In this document: piece after piece, positions 50,749 to 61,700 of the stretch
Layout: each line of letters begins with the position of its first letter
How positions within the stretch are numbered: the stretch's first letter is position 1
DNA from: Candidatus Woesearchaeota archaeon
GTDB lineage: Archaea; Nanobdellota; Nanobdellia; Woesearchaeales; UBA12501
Assembly: GCA_046484055.1 (NCBI GenBank)
Contig: JAWOBY010000066.1
Span: 18,928-82,927, forward strand
Length of the DNA: 64,000 nt
Direction of reading: 5' to 3'
The notes under the pieces: generated by a model
Databases searched by the model: none
What the model was told of the DNA's origin: nothing
The model's input: the letters and a program-made list of their open reading frames with translations, nothing else
Made by a program: the position numbers and the translations under genes

Positions 50749-51911
50749 GAACGATATACCTGGACAACGGAGCAACAACAATGATGGATTCGAAAGTGCT
50801 GGATGCCATGACACCCTGCATGACAGAGAAATACGGAAACGCTTCTTCATCCCACCACAAGGGGCAGGAGGCAAGGTTTGCTCTTGAGGATGCGAGGTCT
50901 GCCATCGCGAATTCGATAGGCGCAGGGCCTGAAGAGATAACCTTCACCTCAGGAGGCACAGAATCCAACAATCTGGCGCTGAAAGGCATAGCCTTCGCCA
51001 ACAGGAAAAAGGGCAAGCGCATCATAACAACAGGGATAGAGCATGATTGCGTGCTCAACGCATGCAGATGGCTGGAAAGCCAGGGATTCAAGGTCACCTA
51101 CCTCAAGGTGGACAAAGAAGGATTCGTGAGCCCTCAAGATCTTGAGAATGCCATAACAAAGGATACACTGGTGGCCTCAGTGATACACGGCAACAACGAG
51201 ATAGGCACCATACAGAATCTTGAAGAGCTGGGCAGGATATGCAGGAAACACAACATACTCTTTCATACTGACGCGTGCCAGAGCTACACAAAGACAGAAC
51301 TCAATGTGGACAAGCAGAACATTGACCTGATGACCCTCAACAGCCACAAGATCCACGGGCCGAAAGGAATAGGCGCATTATACATGCGCAAAGGAGTGAA
51401 TATAACTCCTCTGCAGCACGGCGGAGGCCACGAGCACGGGCTCAGGTCAGGCACAGAGAACGTTCCCGGCGCGGTCGGCTTTGCAAAGGCAGTAAAGCTG
51501 GCCAAAAGAAACCACATAAAACATATGGAAAGGATGAGAGACAAGCTCATAGCAGGAGCGCTTGAGATACCTGATGTCATCCTCAACGGCCCCGAAAACA
51601 AAGGGAGCGACAGGAGGCTCTGCAACAACGCAAACCTCTCCTTCAAATATGTTGAAGGCGAGGCGATAGGCGGTTATCTCGATGCCAAAGGGATATGCTC
51701 TTCAACAGGCTCAGCATGCTCAAGCAACAGCCTTGAGCCGAGCCACGTGCTGAGGGCCATAGGCCTTGAGGATGAGGATGCCCACGGCTCCCTCAGGCTC
51801 ACAGTGAGCAGGTTCACCACAGAGGATGAGATAAACTACACCCTCAAGGTACTCCCCGGCATCATCAGGAAGCTAAGGAGGATAAGCGTCCTGGGAAGAT
51901 TCAGGAGATAG
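50745..51911 (+). CDS. iscS: Cysteine desulfurase
   Basis: YLDNGATT, FTSGGTESNN, HKIHGPKG, RSGTEN, STGSAC. Confidence 0.96.
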   Translation: MRTIYLDNGATTMMDSKVLDAMTPCMTEKYGNASSSHHKGQEARFALEDARSAIANSIGAGPEEITFTSGGTESNNLALKGIAFANRKKGKRIITTGIEHDCVLNACRWLESQGFKVTYLKVDKEGFVSPQDLENAITKDTLVASVIHGNNEIGTIQNLEELGRICRKHNILFHTDACQSYTKTELNVDKQNIDLMTLNSHKIHGPKGIGALYMRKGVNITPLQHGGGHEHGLRSGTENVPGAVGFAKAVKLAKRNHIKHMERMRDKLIAGALEIPDVILNGPENKGSDRRLCNNANLSFKYVEGEAIGGYLDAKGICSSTGSACSSNSLEPSHVLRAIGLEDEDAHGSLRLTVSRFTTEDEINYTLKVLPGIIRKLRRISVLGRFRR

Positions 51912-51987
51912 GATTTTATTGATGATAATTATTAAGGGACAATAACCACGCAATGACTACGCAATAATCAGGAGGAGATGAATCAAA

Positions 51988-52371
51988 ATGCAGCAGCAAT
52001 ACACAAAAAAGGTATTTGAGTATTTCCAGAACCCTCAACATGCCGGAGAGTTCAAGGACCCTGACGGCACAGGGGAAGTGGGGAACCCAAAATGCGGCGA
52101 CATGATGGAGATATCCATCAAGGTAAGTGATGACAGGATCGATGACATAAAGTTCAAGACCTTCGGCTGCATAGCGGCAATAAGCAGCACAGAAGCATTG
52201 TGCAGGGTTGCGAAAGGGAAAACACTGGAAGAGGCGAAGAGGATAACATCAAAGGAAATAATGGAAGAGCTGGGAGGTCTTCCTCCGGTAAAGATCCACT
52301 GCTCTGTCCTCGGCGCCGATGCGCTGAAAAAGGCGATAGAGGATTATGAAAACAGGGCAGGGAAGAAATGA
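51988..52371 (+). CDS. iscU: Fe-S cluster scaffold IscU/NifU
   Basis: GNPKCGD, FKTFGC, LPPVKIHCS. Confidence 0.96.
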   Translation: MQQQYTKKVFEYFQNPQHAGEFKDPDGTGEVGNPKCGDMMEISIKVSDDRIDDIKFKTFGCIAAISSTEALCRVAKGKTLEEAKRITSKEIMEELGGLPPVKIHCSVLGADALKKAIEDYENRAGKK

Positions 52372-52403
52372 TACGCACAAACCCTCTGATCTTGTGGGGG
52401 TGA

Positions 52404-53468
52404 TTGGAGATGTCCGGAAATTCGTTTGATATTGGTTCTGACACTCGTGAGGGTGGCGGCCCGGCAGAGGCGGAACTTGCCGATGCTGTCCTCGCGAGAT
52501 ACGGAGAGATAGCGCTCAAGGGAAAGAACAGGCCTTATTTTGAGGACAGGCTCGCGGACAACATAAGGGATAAGACCAGAGCCAGGGTGAGGAAGACCTC
52601 AGGCAGGTTCATAATCCATCCCCAAACAACCAACCCCCGAATAATCCGCCCCCGCACCGGCAGTAATGGCCCATACCATAAAGATTCCGGTGAATGTTCT
52701 CATAAACATGCCTCTAATGATCCGCATCAGGAGATGGAGGGAATAATCAGGAACCTAAAAAAAGTCTTCGGGATAACATCCATAAGCCCTGCAAGAGAGG
52801 TCCGCCTCGACATTGATGATATAAAAGAAGAGGCGCTGAAGCAGGCCAAAAACCTGAAGAACAGGGATTCAAAGAGTTTCAGGATCACAGTCCAGCGTAT
52901 CCAGAAAAGGCTGAAGCCGAGCCCTGAACTTGAGAGGGAGATCGGCGCGTATGTGGCAGAGAACACAGGCAAGAAAGTGAAGCTCGAGGGGCCGGATCTT
53001 GAGATATCTGTTGAGATAGGCGAGAAAGCATACGTTTTCACAGAAAGGATACAATGCCTTGGGGGCCTGCCGGTAGGGGTTGAAGGCAGTACCGCACTGA
53101 TCTGCGAGAAAGGCAGGGAGGAGGCGTGCGCGCTTGCGGGCCTGCTCATGATGAAGAGGGGATGTAATGTATACCCCTTCCTGCTGAGCGGTAAGAAAGG
53201 CAAAGGTATGCAGGAACACGAGCAGCATACCGGACTCCTCCATGATCACGGGGCGAGAAAACCTGAAACCGCAGGCGATATAAAAGAAGCAGAACACAAA
53301 GCAGCAAAAAAGAGATGCAGGGCGCTTGTGATCGCCAGCACTCTTGATGATATTTATTGCCCTGAAACAGACCTGATGATATTATGGCCCCTCATAAGAT
53401 ACACCAAAAAGGATATAAGGAGAGAGCTTGAAGGATTCAAGAATGCAGGCCAAAGCAAATATGAGTGA
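52404..53468 (+). CDS. thiI: ThiI-like THUMP-domain protein with degenerate catalytic domain
   Basis: RYGEIALKGKNR..FE, THUMP domain, GGLPVG, MMKRG; SGGxDS is absent. Confidence 0.75.
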   Translation: MEMSGNSFDIGSDTREGGGPAEAELADAVLARYGEIALKGKNRPYFEDRLADNIRDKTRARVRKTSGRFIIHPQTTNPRIIRPRTGSNGPYHKDSGECSHKHASNDPHQEMEGIIRNLKKVFGITSISPAREVRLDIDDIKEEALKQAKNLKNRDSKSFRITVQRIQKRLKPSPELEREIGAYVAENTGKKVKLEGPDLEISVEIGEKAYVFTERIQCLGGLPVGVEGSTALICEKGREEACALAGLLMMKRGCNVYPFLLSGKKGKGMQEHEQHTGLLHDHGARKPETAGDIKEAEHKAAKKRCRALVIASTLDDIYCPETDLMILWPLIRYTKKDIRRELEGFKNAGQSKYE

Positions 53469-54330
53469 TAAGAAAGATTCGGATTTTCAGAAGGAATTCG
53501 AGAATAAGGTTCTTGATACAGTAGATAGATACAATCTTTTCACCAGAAAAGACAAAGTTCTGGTGGCCTGTTCCGGAGGCAAGGACAGCACAACAATATT
53601 GTACATACTCAAAAAGCATGGGTTCAATGTTTCTGCGATAACAATAGACAGCCTTATAGGCAACTACACAAAGAAGAACCTGCAGAATCTCGAAAGGTTC
53701 TGCGCGGATATCAGCGTAAGGCTCTACAAGGTTTCCTTGAGGGACAAGTTCGGCAGTTCAGTATGCTACATAAAGGCCCTCCTGAAAAGGAAAGGGATAA
53801 ACATGACCTCATGCAGTGTCTGCGGTGTTATGAGAAGATACCTCTTGAACAAGGAAGCCAGGAAACTGAAGCCTGCATGCATAGTAACCGGACACAACAT
53901 GGATGATGAGGCCCAGTCAATAATGATGAACCTGCTGAGGAACAGGCTATACACATCCGCAAGACTGGGGCCAAAGACAGGCCTGAAGGATGATTACAGG
54001 TTCATCCCCAGGGTCAAGCCCCTGTACTTCTGCTCTGAAAAGGAGATAACCACCTATTCAAAGAGCAGAAAATTCAATATCAATTATGAGCCCTGCCCGT
54101 GCAGGAGCGAATCCTTCAGGAAGAAGACCATAGACCTGATTGAAGCGCTAAAGAAGAGAAACCCTGAAATCAGCGAGAACATGATAAGAAACTTCCTCAC
54201 CGTCCTGCCGAAACTGAAGGAAAGATATCATACAGAAGATGAGATGGATTCCTGCAGGAAATGTGGAGAACCCTCACAGGGTAGCGTATGCAATGCATGC
54301 CATATAATCTCATTGGTGCAATCAGAATAA
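53461..54330 (+). CDS. TtuA/Ncs6-family tRNA 2-thiolation protein
   Basis: SGGKDS, CSVCGVMRR, TGHNMDD, RVKPL, C-terminal CxxC..CxxC. Confidence 0.9.
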   Translation: MSDKKDSDFQKEFENKVLDTVDRYNLFTRKDKVLVACSGGKDSTTILYILKKHGFNVSAITIDSLIGNYTKKNLQNLERFCADISVRLYKVSLRDKFGSSVCYIKALLKRKGINMTSCSVCGVMRRYLLNKEARKLKPACIVTGHNMDDEAQSIMMNLLRNRLYTSARLGPKTGLKDDYRFIPRVKPLYFCSEKEITTYSKSRKFNINYEPCPCRSESFRKKTIDLIEALKKRNPEISENMIRNFLTVLPKLKERYHTEDEMDSCRKCGEPSQGSVCNACHIISLVQSE

Positions 54331-54375
54331 AGAACACAAGAAAATAAAAAAGTAAAATAATAGACTAATGGGGCT

Positions 54376-55443
54376 TCATGCCTTGATGTCCTTCAACCCC
54401 CCTGTCTCAACAAAAAATGATGCCTCGCCGTCCGGAAGGCTCGGACTGTCTATGAGCTTCGCGACCCTGCTTCCCTTCTTGCCTTTCCTCAGGTAGATCC
54501 GGAATGTTGAGGCGTGAGCCACTATATGCCCCCCTATGGCCTGTGTCGGATCCCCAAAGAATATGTCCGGCTTGGACATGACCTGATTGGTGACATAGAC
54601 ACATATGTTGTGGTTGTCCGCCAGCTTCAGGAGAGTGTGCATGTGCTTGTTGAGCTTCTGCTGTCTCTCAGACAATGTCCCTCTCCCAATGAACTCTGCC
54701 CTGAAATGCGCGGTGAGGGAATCCACAACAACAACCCTTGCCTTGATATTCTCGTTCTTCACCATCTCCTCTATCTTCTCAGCAAGCAGCATCTGGTGGT
54801 CTGAGTTATAGGCCCTTGCGACCCTTATATTGGCCAGTGTCTTCTCAGGATCCAGGCCTTCCTTGTCTGCGAGCTCCTTTATCCTCTCCGGCCTGAACGT
54901 ATTCTCTGTGTCAATATAGAATGCTACAGCACCCTCCTCTTGTATCTGGGCATTTACAGCGAGTATGTGGGCGAGCTGTGTCTTTCCTGATCCGAACTCG
55001 CCGAAGCACTCTGTTATTGAACTCGTTTCAAAACCTCCACCCACAAGCTCATTGAATGCCTCGCTCCCTGTCTTTATCTTGATGACCTTCTCCCTTCTCC
55101 TGAGCAGGTTGTCTCCTGATTCAAAGCCCATATTCAGGTTGTCCCTTGCCGCCTTTATCATCTTTCTTGCGACAGCCTCGCTTATGCCTGTCACTTCTAT
55201 TATCTCTCCGGGAGATGAGACCGCAAGCCCCATCAAATCCGTGTATCCTGCATCCTTGAGCTTCTGCGCTGTGGCCGCGCCCACTCCCGGCAGGTCTTCA
55301 AGCCCTGCTTTCTTCATGACATCTTCATCAACCTGGATATCTATCTTCTCCTTCTCCGCTCCCTCTTCGTTGGAATTCTCCATTTTATCGTCCATTGTCT
55401 TGTCCTCATCCATCCCCTTGTCCGTTTTTGCCTTGTTCATCAT
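54376..55443 (-). CDS. radA: DNA repair and recombination protein RadA
   Basis: HhH LPGVG, GEFGSGKTQ, DTENTFRPER, DSLTAHFRAE, TNQV. Confidence 0.97.
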   Translation of the reverse strand: MMNKAKTDKGMDEDKTMDDKMENSNEEGAEKEKIDIQVDEDVMKKAGLEDLPGVGAATAQKLKDAGYTDLMGLAVSSPGEIIEVTGISEAVARKMIKAARDNLNMGFESGDNLLRRREKVIKIKTGSEAFNELVGGGFETSSITECFGEFGSGKTQLAHILAVNAQIQEEGAVAFYIDTENTFRPERIKELADKEGLDPEKTLANIRVARAYNSDHQMLLAEKIEEMVKNENIKARVVVVDSLTAHFRAEFIGRGTLSERQQKLNKHMHTLLKLADNHNICVYVTNQVMSKPDIFFGDPTQAIGGHIVAHASTFRIYLRKGKKGSRVAKLIDSPSLPDGEASFFVETGGLKDIKA

Positions 55444-55489
55444 AACATCACCTTTTTTTATTAATCTTTTGATTGGATAGAGAGGGGGC

Positions 55490-55792
55490 TTAAGCCGCCT
55501 CCCCAGCATCGCCCTCTTTCAGGACGAGGTATTCATAGGCTTTCTTGAGCACAACTTCGGCCCTTGGCAGGTCATTCAGCCTCATTGAGCTCGTGTTCTG
55601 CCATGCGTCGTTCTTGTCCTTATAGCTCCTGCTTATGGAGATTGTCCTGAACTCCACAGCCTGCCCGTCCCTGTTTCCTGTGTTCTTCCACACAGTCGCT
55701 GCCACAGGGCCCGCCCTGAACTTTTTCTCAGGCAGATTCTTTTGCGCCTCTGCACTTGCGGCGCTTGTTTGGTTTGTTGTTTGGGTTGTCAT
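55490..55792 (-). CDS. Small conserved-looking protein, possibly ssDNA-binding
   Basis: PEKKFRAGPVAATVWKN...RSYKD...W..T.S.R..DLP; directly upstream of radA. Confidence 0.65.
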   Translation of the reverse strand: MTTQTTNQTSAASAEAQKNLPEKKFRAGPVAATVWKNTGNRDGQAVEFRTISISRSYKDKNDAWQNTSSMRLNDLPRAEVVLKKAYEYLVLKEGDAGEAA

Positions 55793-56119
55793 TACAACCA
55801 CCTCCTTGCTTTCGCTTTTTATTTCAAGCCCCCTTGATCATGAGCTGCACGCACCGGAAAGGTTCCGGCGCAAGGCTCCAGGGACCGGAGTGAATATTAA
55901 GTGATGCGGGCCATTTAAATACCTCATCCCGGCATGTCCAGTGTCCAGTGGGGGAGCAGTAATCCTTCAGGATGTCTTAAGGGTGTTTAAAGCATCTGGC
56001 GGAAGAATTGCAGGTGTCCAGTGCTTATTAATACCTGATATGTGTCCGCAACATACCTCATGATTGTCATTCAGTATATGATGGCAGGGAAGAAGTATCA
56101 AATGTGTTTCAGATTTTCT

Positions 56120-56590
56120 TCATAAGGGTTGCATGCTTATGAGAATCCATAAGCTAATCACTGTGGCCGCAAAGAACAAGACATATTCAGCCAGGCCGCC
56201 CGTCCTGATCAGGCCGTTTAGCCTCATCCTGGACAGGGGATGGAAAGGCATAATCCCTTCCCTTGTCGTGCAGTCTGCTATTATGTGGGCCAGGTATCCG
56301 AGGGGTAAGGCAGCGATATACAGGCCATACCTCATGTCTGTCATGTAATGGGTTATCAGGAGGAAAAGCATCAGGACAGCGAATATGCTGTGGAAGAATC
56401 CCCTGTGCTCGAAGAGCATCGCCCCTACCTTAACTTTCCTCCCCACTTTTGATTCGGGATGGTCAATGTCAGGGAGCGCCGATCCTATGAGGACAAGGGC
56501 CATGAAAAGAAGCTGGTTCCCGGGCTCCCATGCCTGTATGAGGAGCAGGCCTGCCAGAAATCCTATCACGAGGTGGGTTCTGAACATCAT
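56120..56590 (-). CDS. YdjM-like membrane metal-dependent hydrolase
   Basis: TH, LPDIDHP, HRGFFHS, HIIAD..T..G. Confidence 0.9.
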   Translation of the reverse strand: MMFRTHLVIGFLAGLLLIQAWEPGNQLLFMALVLIGSALPDIDHPESKVGRKVKVGAMLFEHRGFFHSIFAVLMLFLLITHYMTDMRYGLYIAALPLGYLAHIIADCTTREGIMPFHPLSRMRLNGLIRTGGLAEYVLFFAATVISLWILISMQPL

Positions 56591-56688
56591 CTTTATCGAA
56601 CTCTTTTTATTATCAAAGCGGGAGGTATAAAACCAAAACCCTGATGTAAAAAAATAACTTTAAATACTTTTCCCGCTTCCGGCCCTGC

Positions 56689-57321
56689 ATGAAGAGAGAT
56701 ACAGAGGACAAGACAGAGGCAGAGGACAAGATAATAAGGGCATTGTGCCTTGCAGGCCTTGCCTTCTTTTTCGTATGGGGCGTTATAACCATCGCTGTGA
56801 GGGACAACGAGCTGATATTCGACAGGTTCTACTCAGCGGCCATAATGCTGGCCGCCTACCTCTTCTACAGAAGGATGCACCTCAGGCTTCCTGCTCTGCT
56901 TCTGGCATTTGCAGTGCTTTTCCTGCATCACCTGAAGCTTTACGGCCAGACATATTACGGCTTTCTGCAGTTCGACATGATAATGCACTTTGCCGCGGGT
57001 GCCGCGCTTGCGGTGATATTCTATCAGTATCTTTCCTATGACCACTCAAGGCTATGGTCTGCTGTCATGGCTTTGCTGGTCGCTGTAGGCATCGGTTCTT
57101 TGAGTGAGATCATGGAGTATGTGGGTTACTACCTTCTCGGTCCGGGCGAGGGCCTGCTCTTCTATGGTGAGGGGGATTTCGGGGAGTATGCTGACGTCGC
57201 ATGGGACATGATGATGAACACTGCAGGCGCTTTTGCCGCTGCGGCCTGCTCTGCACTGAGCGGGGTGTTCATCTTAAGGGGGAAGAAACGGCAGCGCAAG
57301 GGCAAGAATAAGAAGGGCTGA
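56689..57321 (+). CDS. Membrane protein (DUF2238/VanZ-like)
   Basis: FD..MHF..G, E..EY, D...DM..N..GA. Confidence 0.7.
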   Translation: MKRDTEDKTEAEDKIIRALCLAGLAFFFVWGVITIAVRDNELIFDRFYSAAIMLAAYLFYRRMHLRLPALLLAFAVLFLHHLKLYGQTYYGFLQFDMIMHFAAGAALAVIFYQYLSYDHSRLWSAVMALLVAVGIGSLSEIMEYVGYYLLGPGEGLLFYGEGDFGEYADVAWDMMMNTAGAFAAAACSALSGVFILRGKKRQRKGKNKKG

Positions 57322-57391
57322 TCACAAAAACAGAATAGGTTGTGCTTTTTCCTTGCGGGGTTCCTGTTGTGAATGCGCTATAATAGGATCA

Positions 57392-58561
57392 TTACTCTAT
57401 GTTCCAGGAGGCATCCTTGTCTTTATCCGGAGATTCACCGCCTTCGCCATTCCCTGTGTCTTCTGTTGTGCCCTGCTCCGTGCCGGCAGAGGCTCCCTGC
57501 GATCCTGAGGAGTCCTCAGAAGGTTCCGGACCGCCGCCTGCCCCCTGGGCCTCATCAGTGCTGTCCTTATCCTCTTTCTTGGATTCTTCAATCCTCTTCT
57601 TCTCCTCTTCAGGATCAGGATTCGGGAAGACACGCTGCGCTATGAACTCAAGCCTGTCCATCATGGTGTTCTTGTTTATCCTACCGACTATCTTTATCTG
57701 CTTCCCCAGAAGATTATGCTTGACCTCGTCAAACTTGTCAGGCAATTCCCTGTACTTCTCTATGTCCTCATGGCTCTTTTCAAGAAGGTTCTGCACTTGG
57801 TTCCTGAAGAAAACAGTGCGTATGTTGCTGGAACCGTCATCAAGCACCAGCCCCAGGACGTATGAGTATGTAGGGGTCACTTCATTATGGACATCACAGA
57901 CAAAGCCGTTATCACCCTGTTTGAGCCTCTTGCTGCATTGAGGGCAGACCTCAAAGAACCTCAGGTCATACACCTGCACTATGGTCCCCATCAGCTCCGC
58001 ATCAGAATCCCCCTCCTTGAGCTCTGATATGCTTTTCCTGTTGGTTTCAGGGGCCTTCACCTCGCCCACGCTCTCGCCTTCAGGGTTTATCTCAAGGCTT
58101 CCCCTTTCATTCACATGCACTTCCTTCCTGTTATTGTTATCCTTGACATATCCTGACTCCAGTTTTATGACATTGTCTTTTGTTATCTCGTTGAGCTTGT
58201 CCGCCTGATCACCCCATAGAACAACCCTCACAGTGCCTGTCTCATCGCCTATTATGAACGAGCCGACCTTGCCTGACCTGTCTCCTTTCTGGAACTCCCT
58301 GACCTCATAAACCTGGACGACCTTCCCCACAAGCTCAACATTTCTCATGCCCGGCAGGAGGTTCTTTATGCTGAGCTTTCCGGAGCTCTGCTCCATCACC
58401 TGTATGCCCATCTCATTAGCGATTATGTGCGCTGCGCCCTCTTTCGATATAAGGCCTGAGAGCTGGTCCATCTTGCTCTTTACCTTCGAGTCTATCTCTT
58501 CCTGAGAAATGCCCTTCTCTTTTATCTTCTCCACAATCTGCTCGTAAGGAATATTTACCAT
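57392..58561 (-). CDS. rpa: Replication protein A, large subunit (OB folds and Zn finger)
   Basis: GDETGTVRVVLW, CPQC..CDVH, LDDGS..IR..FF. Confidence 0.9.
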   Translation of the reverse strand: MVNIPYEQIVEKIKEKGISQEEIDSKVKSKMDQLSGLISKEGAAHIIANEMGIQVMEQSSGKLSIKNLLPGMRNVELVGKVVQVYEVREFQKGDRSGKVGSFIIGDETGTVRVVLWGDQADKLNEITKDNVIKLESGYVKDNNNRKEVHVNERGSLEINPEGESVGEVKAPETNRKSISELKEGDSDAELMGTIVQVYDLRFFEVCPQCSKRLKQGDNGFVCDVHNEVTPTYSYVLGLVLDDGSSNIRTVFFRNQVQNLLEKSHEDIEKYRELPDKFDEVKHNLLGKQIKIVGRINKNTMMDRLEFIAQRVFPNPDPEEEKKRIEESKKEDKDSTDEAQGAGGGPEPSEDSSGSQGASAGTEQGTTEDTGNGEGGESPDKDKDASWNIE

Positions 58562-58704
58562 GTGATTGACACCCCCTACAATGCCTTTTCGGGCCTTATT
58601 TATATATTTTACGCTGGTTTTGTGATTTTGGGCAGGCGACCACCATATACACGCTTGATTATATGCGCTTGTTTATCTGAGGGCTGCCTTCCCGCATCTC
58701 CCAA

Positions 58705-61700
58705 TCATTCTTTGAAGTCAAGCGCGAACTTATACTCAATGGGTTCTCTCACAGCCCTCCTCTTCTCAGGGTCATATACAGATGACATGCTTTCTGTTCT
58801 CACGCAAAGCTTGTAATTCCTCTTCTCAACCTCGCATCTGGTTCCTGAATCATCATCGGTAAAGGTGAGGGTGTTCCCGTCCTTTTTGGCATATAATGTC
58901 TCTACACCGCTTTCTGTCCTTATCCTCTTGCTGTCTTCTACAGAACCGGGGAATGAATAGGACGCATCCGGGGTTTCAGAGGTTATCTTTATCTTGCCGG
59001 AGCCTGAAGCGCTTATCGTGACCTCCTCACTGCTGTCCTCCTTCTCGTACTCATACTCAAGGGGTATCTCGCAAGTGCACTGGTCGCTCTCTGATTCCGC
59101 GCAGGCCTTGGTCCACTCGGCGAAATCGCTGATCATATTCTCCTGATAATCGCAGGGCCCGTTGAAGAGGAGGAGGTCATCATCTATCTCCCTGCGGTCA
59201 TCTACCGCTTCCTTGACACATTCCCTGAGACCATCCGAGCTCTCGTCTTTGCACTCATGTATTATCTCTTTTGCTGTCCGGATCAGCTTGCTGTACACTT
59301 CAGGGTCGTAATCGGTCTCTGCCCTGAAGGAGGGGTTCGCATAATACTCCCCTATCTTCATGTAATCCACTGGCTTGTACTCACAGACATAAGGGGAGCC
59401 TCCCGCTTCAACCATCATTGAATCCCCTTCTCTTGTCACCGCCCTCTTCACTGCTGCCATGACCCTTGAAGGATACTCATACATCCCTTCCGCGAACTCT
59501 TTGCTCCATCCCCTGCTTTCAGCCAGATCTTCAGCATCCTCCAATGTTATATCCTCCCACTTGATCTCCTCTGCCATCTTATCCTCTCTTTCAGATGCAA
59601 GGCTCCTGATCTCTTTCGCCACTCCTTCTCCATACCTGTAGCAGAGGCTGATCCAGTAATAATAATCCCCGTTCGTTTCGGGCACGACGCTGCATTCCTT
59701 GATTGTGTTCTTCAATGAGATGGCTCCTGCCCCAATCTGGTCGCCTGCTCCCTCCATACCCTTGATGAAGTCATCCCACTTGCAGGTCTCTTCCTCGCAC
59801 TCATTCGGCCCCAGTCCTGATTCTGTTGCGGGACCGACTCTCATCAGGCCGCAGTAACCGTTCTTGTTGCAGACGCATCCTTCATCATTGCAGAACATGT
59901 TGTCTTCTGATTCCTCAAAAGGTGTTGGGTCGCCTCCTGATTCCACTGCTATAATCCCTTTTATGAGCCCTGCAGGCAGATCATAATGCTCGTTCATTTC
60001 AGTGATATGCTCTTCATACTCTTTTATCCTTCCTTTTGCCTTGTCCCAGTCAGAGCTGTCATCAAGAGTGTGGTCTATCTGGCTGAAATCATAATCAGGA
60101 AGGTTATCCTCAGCGATGTCCATGCCGGTTATGGCTGTTTCTATAGCTGTTCCTGAAGCTTCATTGCCCGCCGGACCTGTTGGATGCTGTGTCCTGTCTG
60201 TCATGGGATTCAGGGAAGGACCGAAGAGCCTGCTGACAAGCCCGGTGATAATATTATCTTCATTGCCATCAGGAGAACCAGGTTCCGCCACTGCGGCTGT
60301 TGTTATGCTGTTCCCCCCTCCCAGGTCTGCTTTGGTGAATGAGTCAAAACCTTTCGGCCTTGCGAACCCTATCTTCATGCCGGGCTTTTTCTCCTGCTGG
60401 GCCCTCCTTATCTTCATGAATTCCTTGAGAGGCCGGTCCTTCAGGTGGCTTCCCCCTCCTGATTCGGATGTCCAGAGCTCTCCTCCCTTTCCGTATATCA
60501 TCAGCACATGATCCCATGTGCGCTTTGACATCCAGTTATTGGTCCCCCCGCTGGGCCTGTCCAGGAGGACGATGTCTCCCGGCCGTGCCTCTGATTCGCT
60601 TATCATGGTGGAGTACTTCGGGCTGCCCCACTGCTCGGCCAACGGGCCGTGTCCGCTTCCTAATCCTTCCATCCCTTTGCGTTCCCGTATCTCATTCACC
60701 AGGAAATGGACCCAGCCCGAGCAGTCGATGCCTCTTCCGGGTGTGGATCCGCCTAGCTGATATTCGGTGTTGTAATACTTGCTTGTCAGCTCGTCTATTA
60801 TGCCCGAAACTGTCCTGGCTCTCTCTTGGCCGGTTCCTGCTGATACATCTTCCCCTCCTCTGTCAGGAGTGTACTCACAGACGCATCTCAATGCTCTGCC
60901 TCCTGCAGTTGCGGTTGTCATGCCACCCATGCAGGCTGTGGACTCGTCAAGCTTCCTTATGATCGGCATGACCTTGCTGATGTAGTAGGGGTCTGTGGCA
61001 TAGCCCGCTTCTCGTGTCGCTTCAAGGATCTGCGGGGCTGTGAGCTTTGTGATATCTGAAGTCCCGAACATCTCTCTCCTCTTGCTGCTGTGCCTGCTCT
61101 TCTCAAGCAGTTCTATATGGGCCCTGAAACTCTCTGTGGCGGATGAGTATTTGGCGAAGTCTGCTGTCACGGTAGTCCTTTTTCCTTCATAATATTCTGT
61201 CGTTTCCGTTCTGTAACTGCCTGCATCGCCGCTTCCTTTAACACCAAAAAAATTATTGGCGTTCTTTGTGAGACCTGAACTGCCGTATCCGCTTTCCAGG
61301 GCTGCCTGCGCGAGCGTGAATTTGGCGAGCTCTATCGATCCTCTTGATGCCGCAACTGCATCATCCCAATACTTGCTGAAGAATCCCCTCTCTTTACCGC
61401 CGTGCATGGAGAAGTCAGGGCATGAAGAGCCAGTGCTGCTCACAGGCATCCCAGTTATAGAATTTACAGCTGATCCTGTTATCTGCCCTGTTGTTTGTGA
61501 TGCGCTTCCTGATGAGGACGCGATGCCCGCTGACTGTCTCTTCTTCTTCACTGCCACAAGGGCCATGGGTATGCTCCTTCCGCTGTCAGAGAAACTCTTT
61601 GTCTCTCCCCCCGATCTTATTGATACATCCCTCCCGCTCACATGGTATTCAAGCGATGTGGAGCTGCCCCCGTCCAAAGCTATGGTGCGTGTGCACTTGT

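Noticed and set aside
30893-55443. Inteins in cdc6, DP2, MCM or RadA
   Set aside because: Lengths are normal and the catalytic motifs are contiguous
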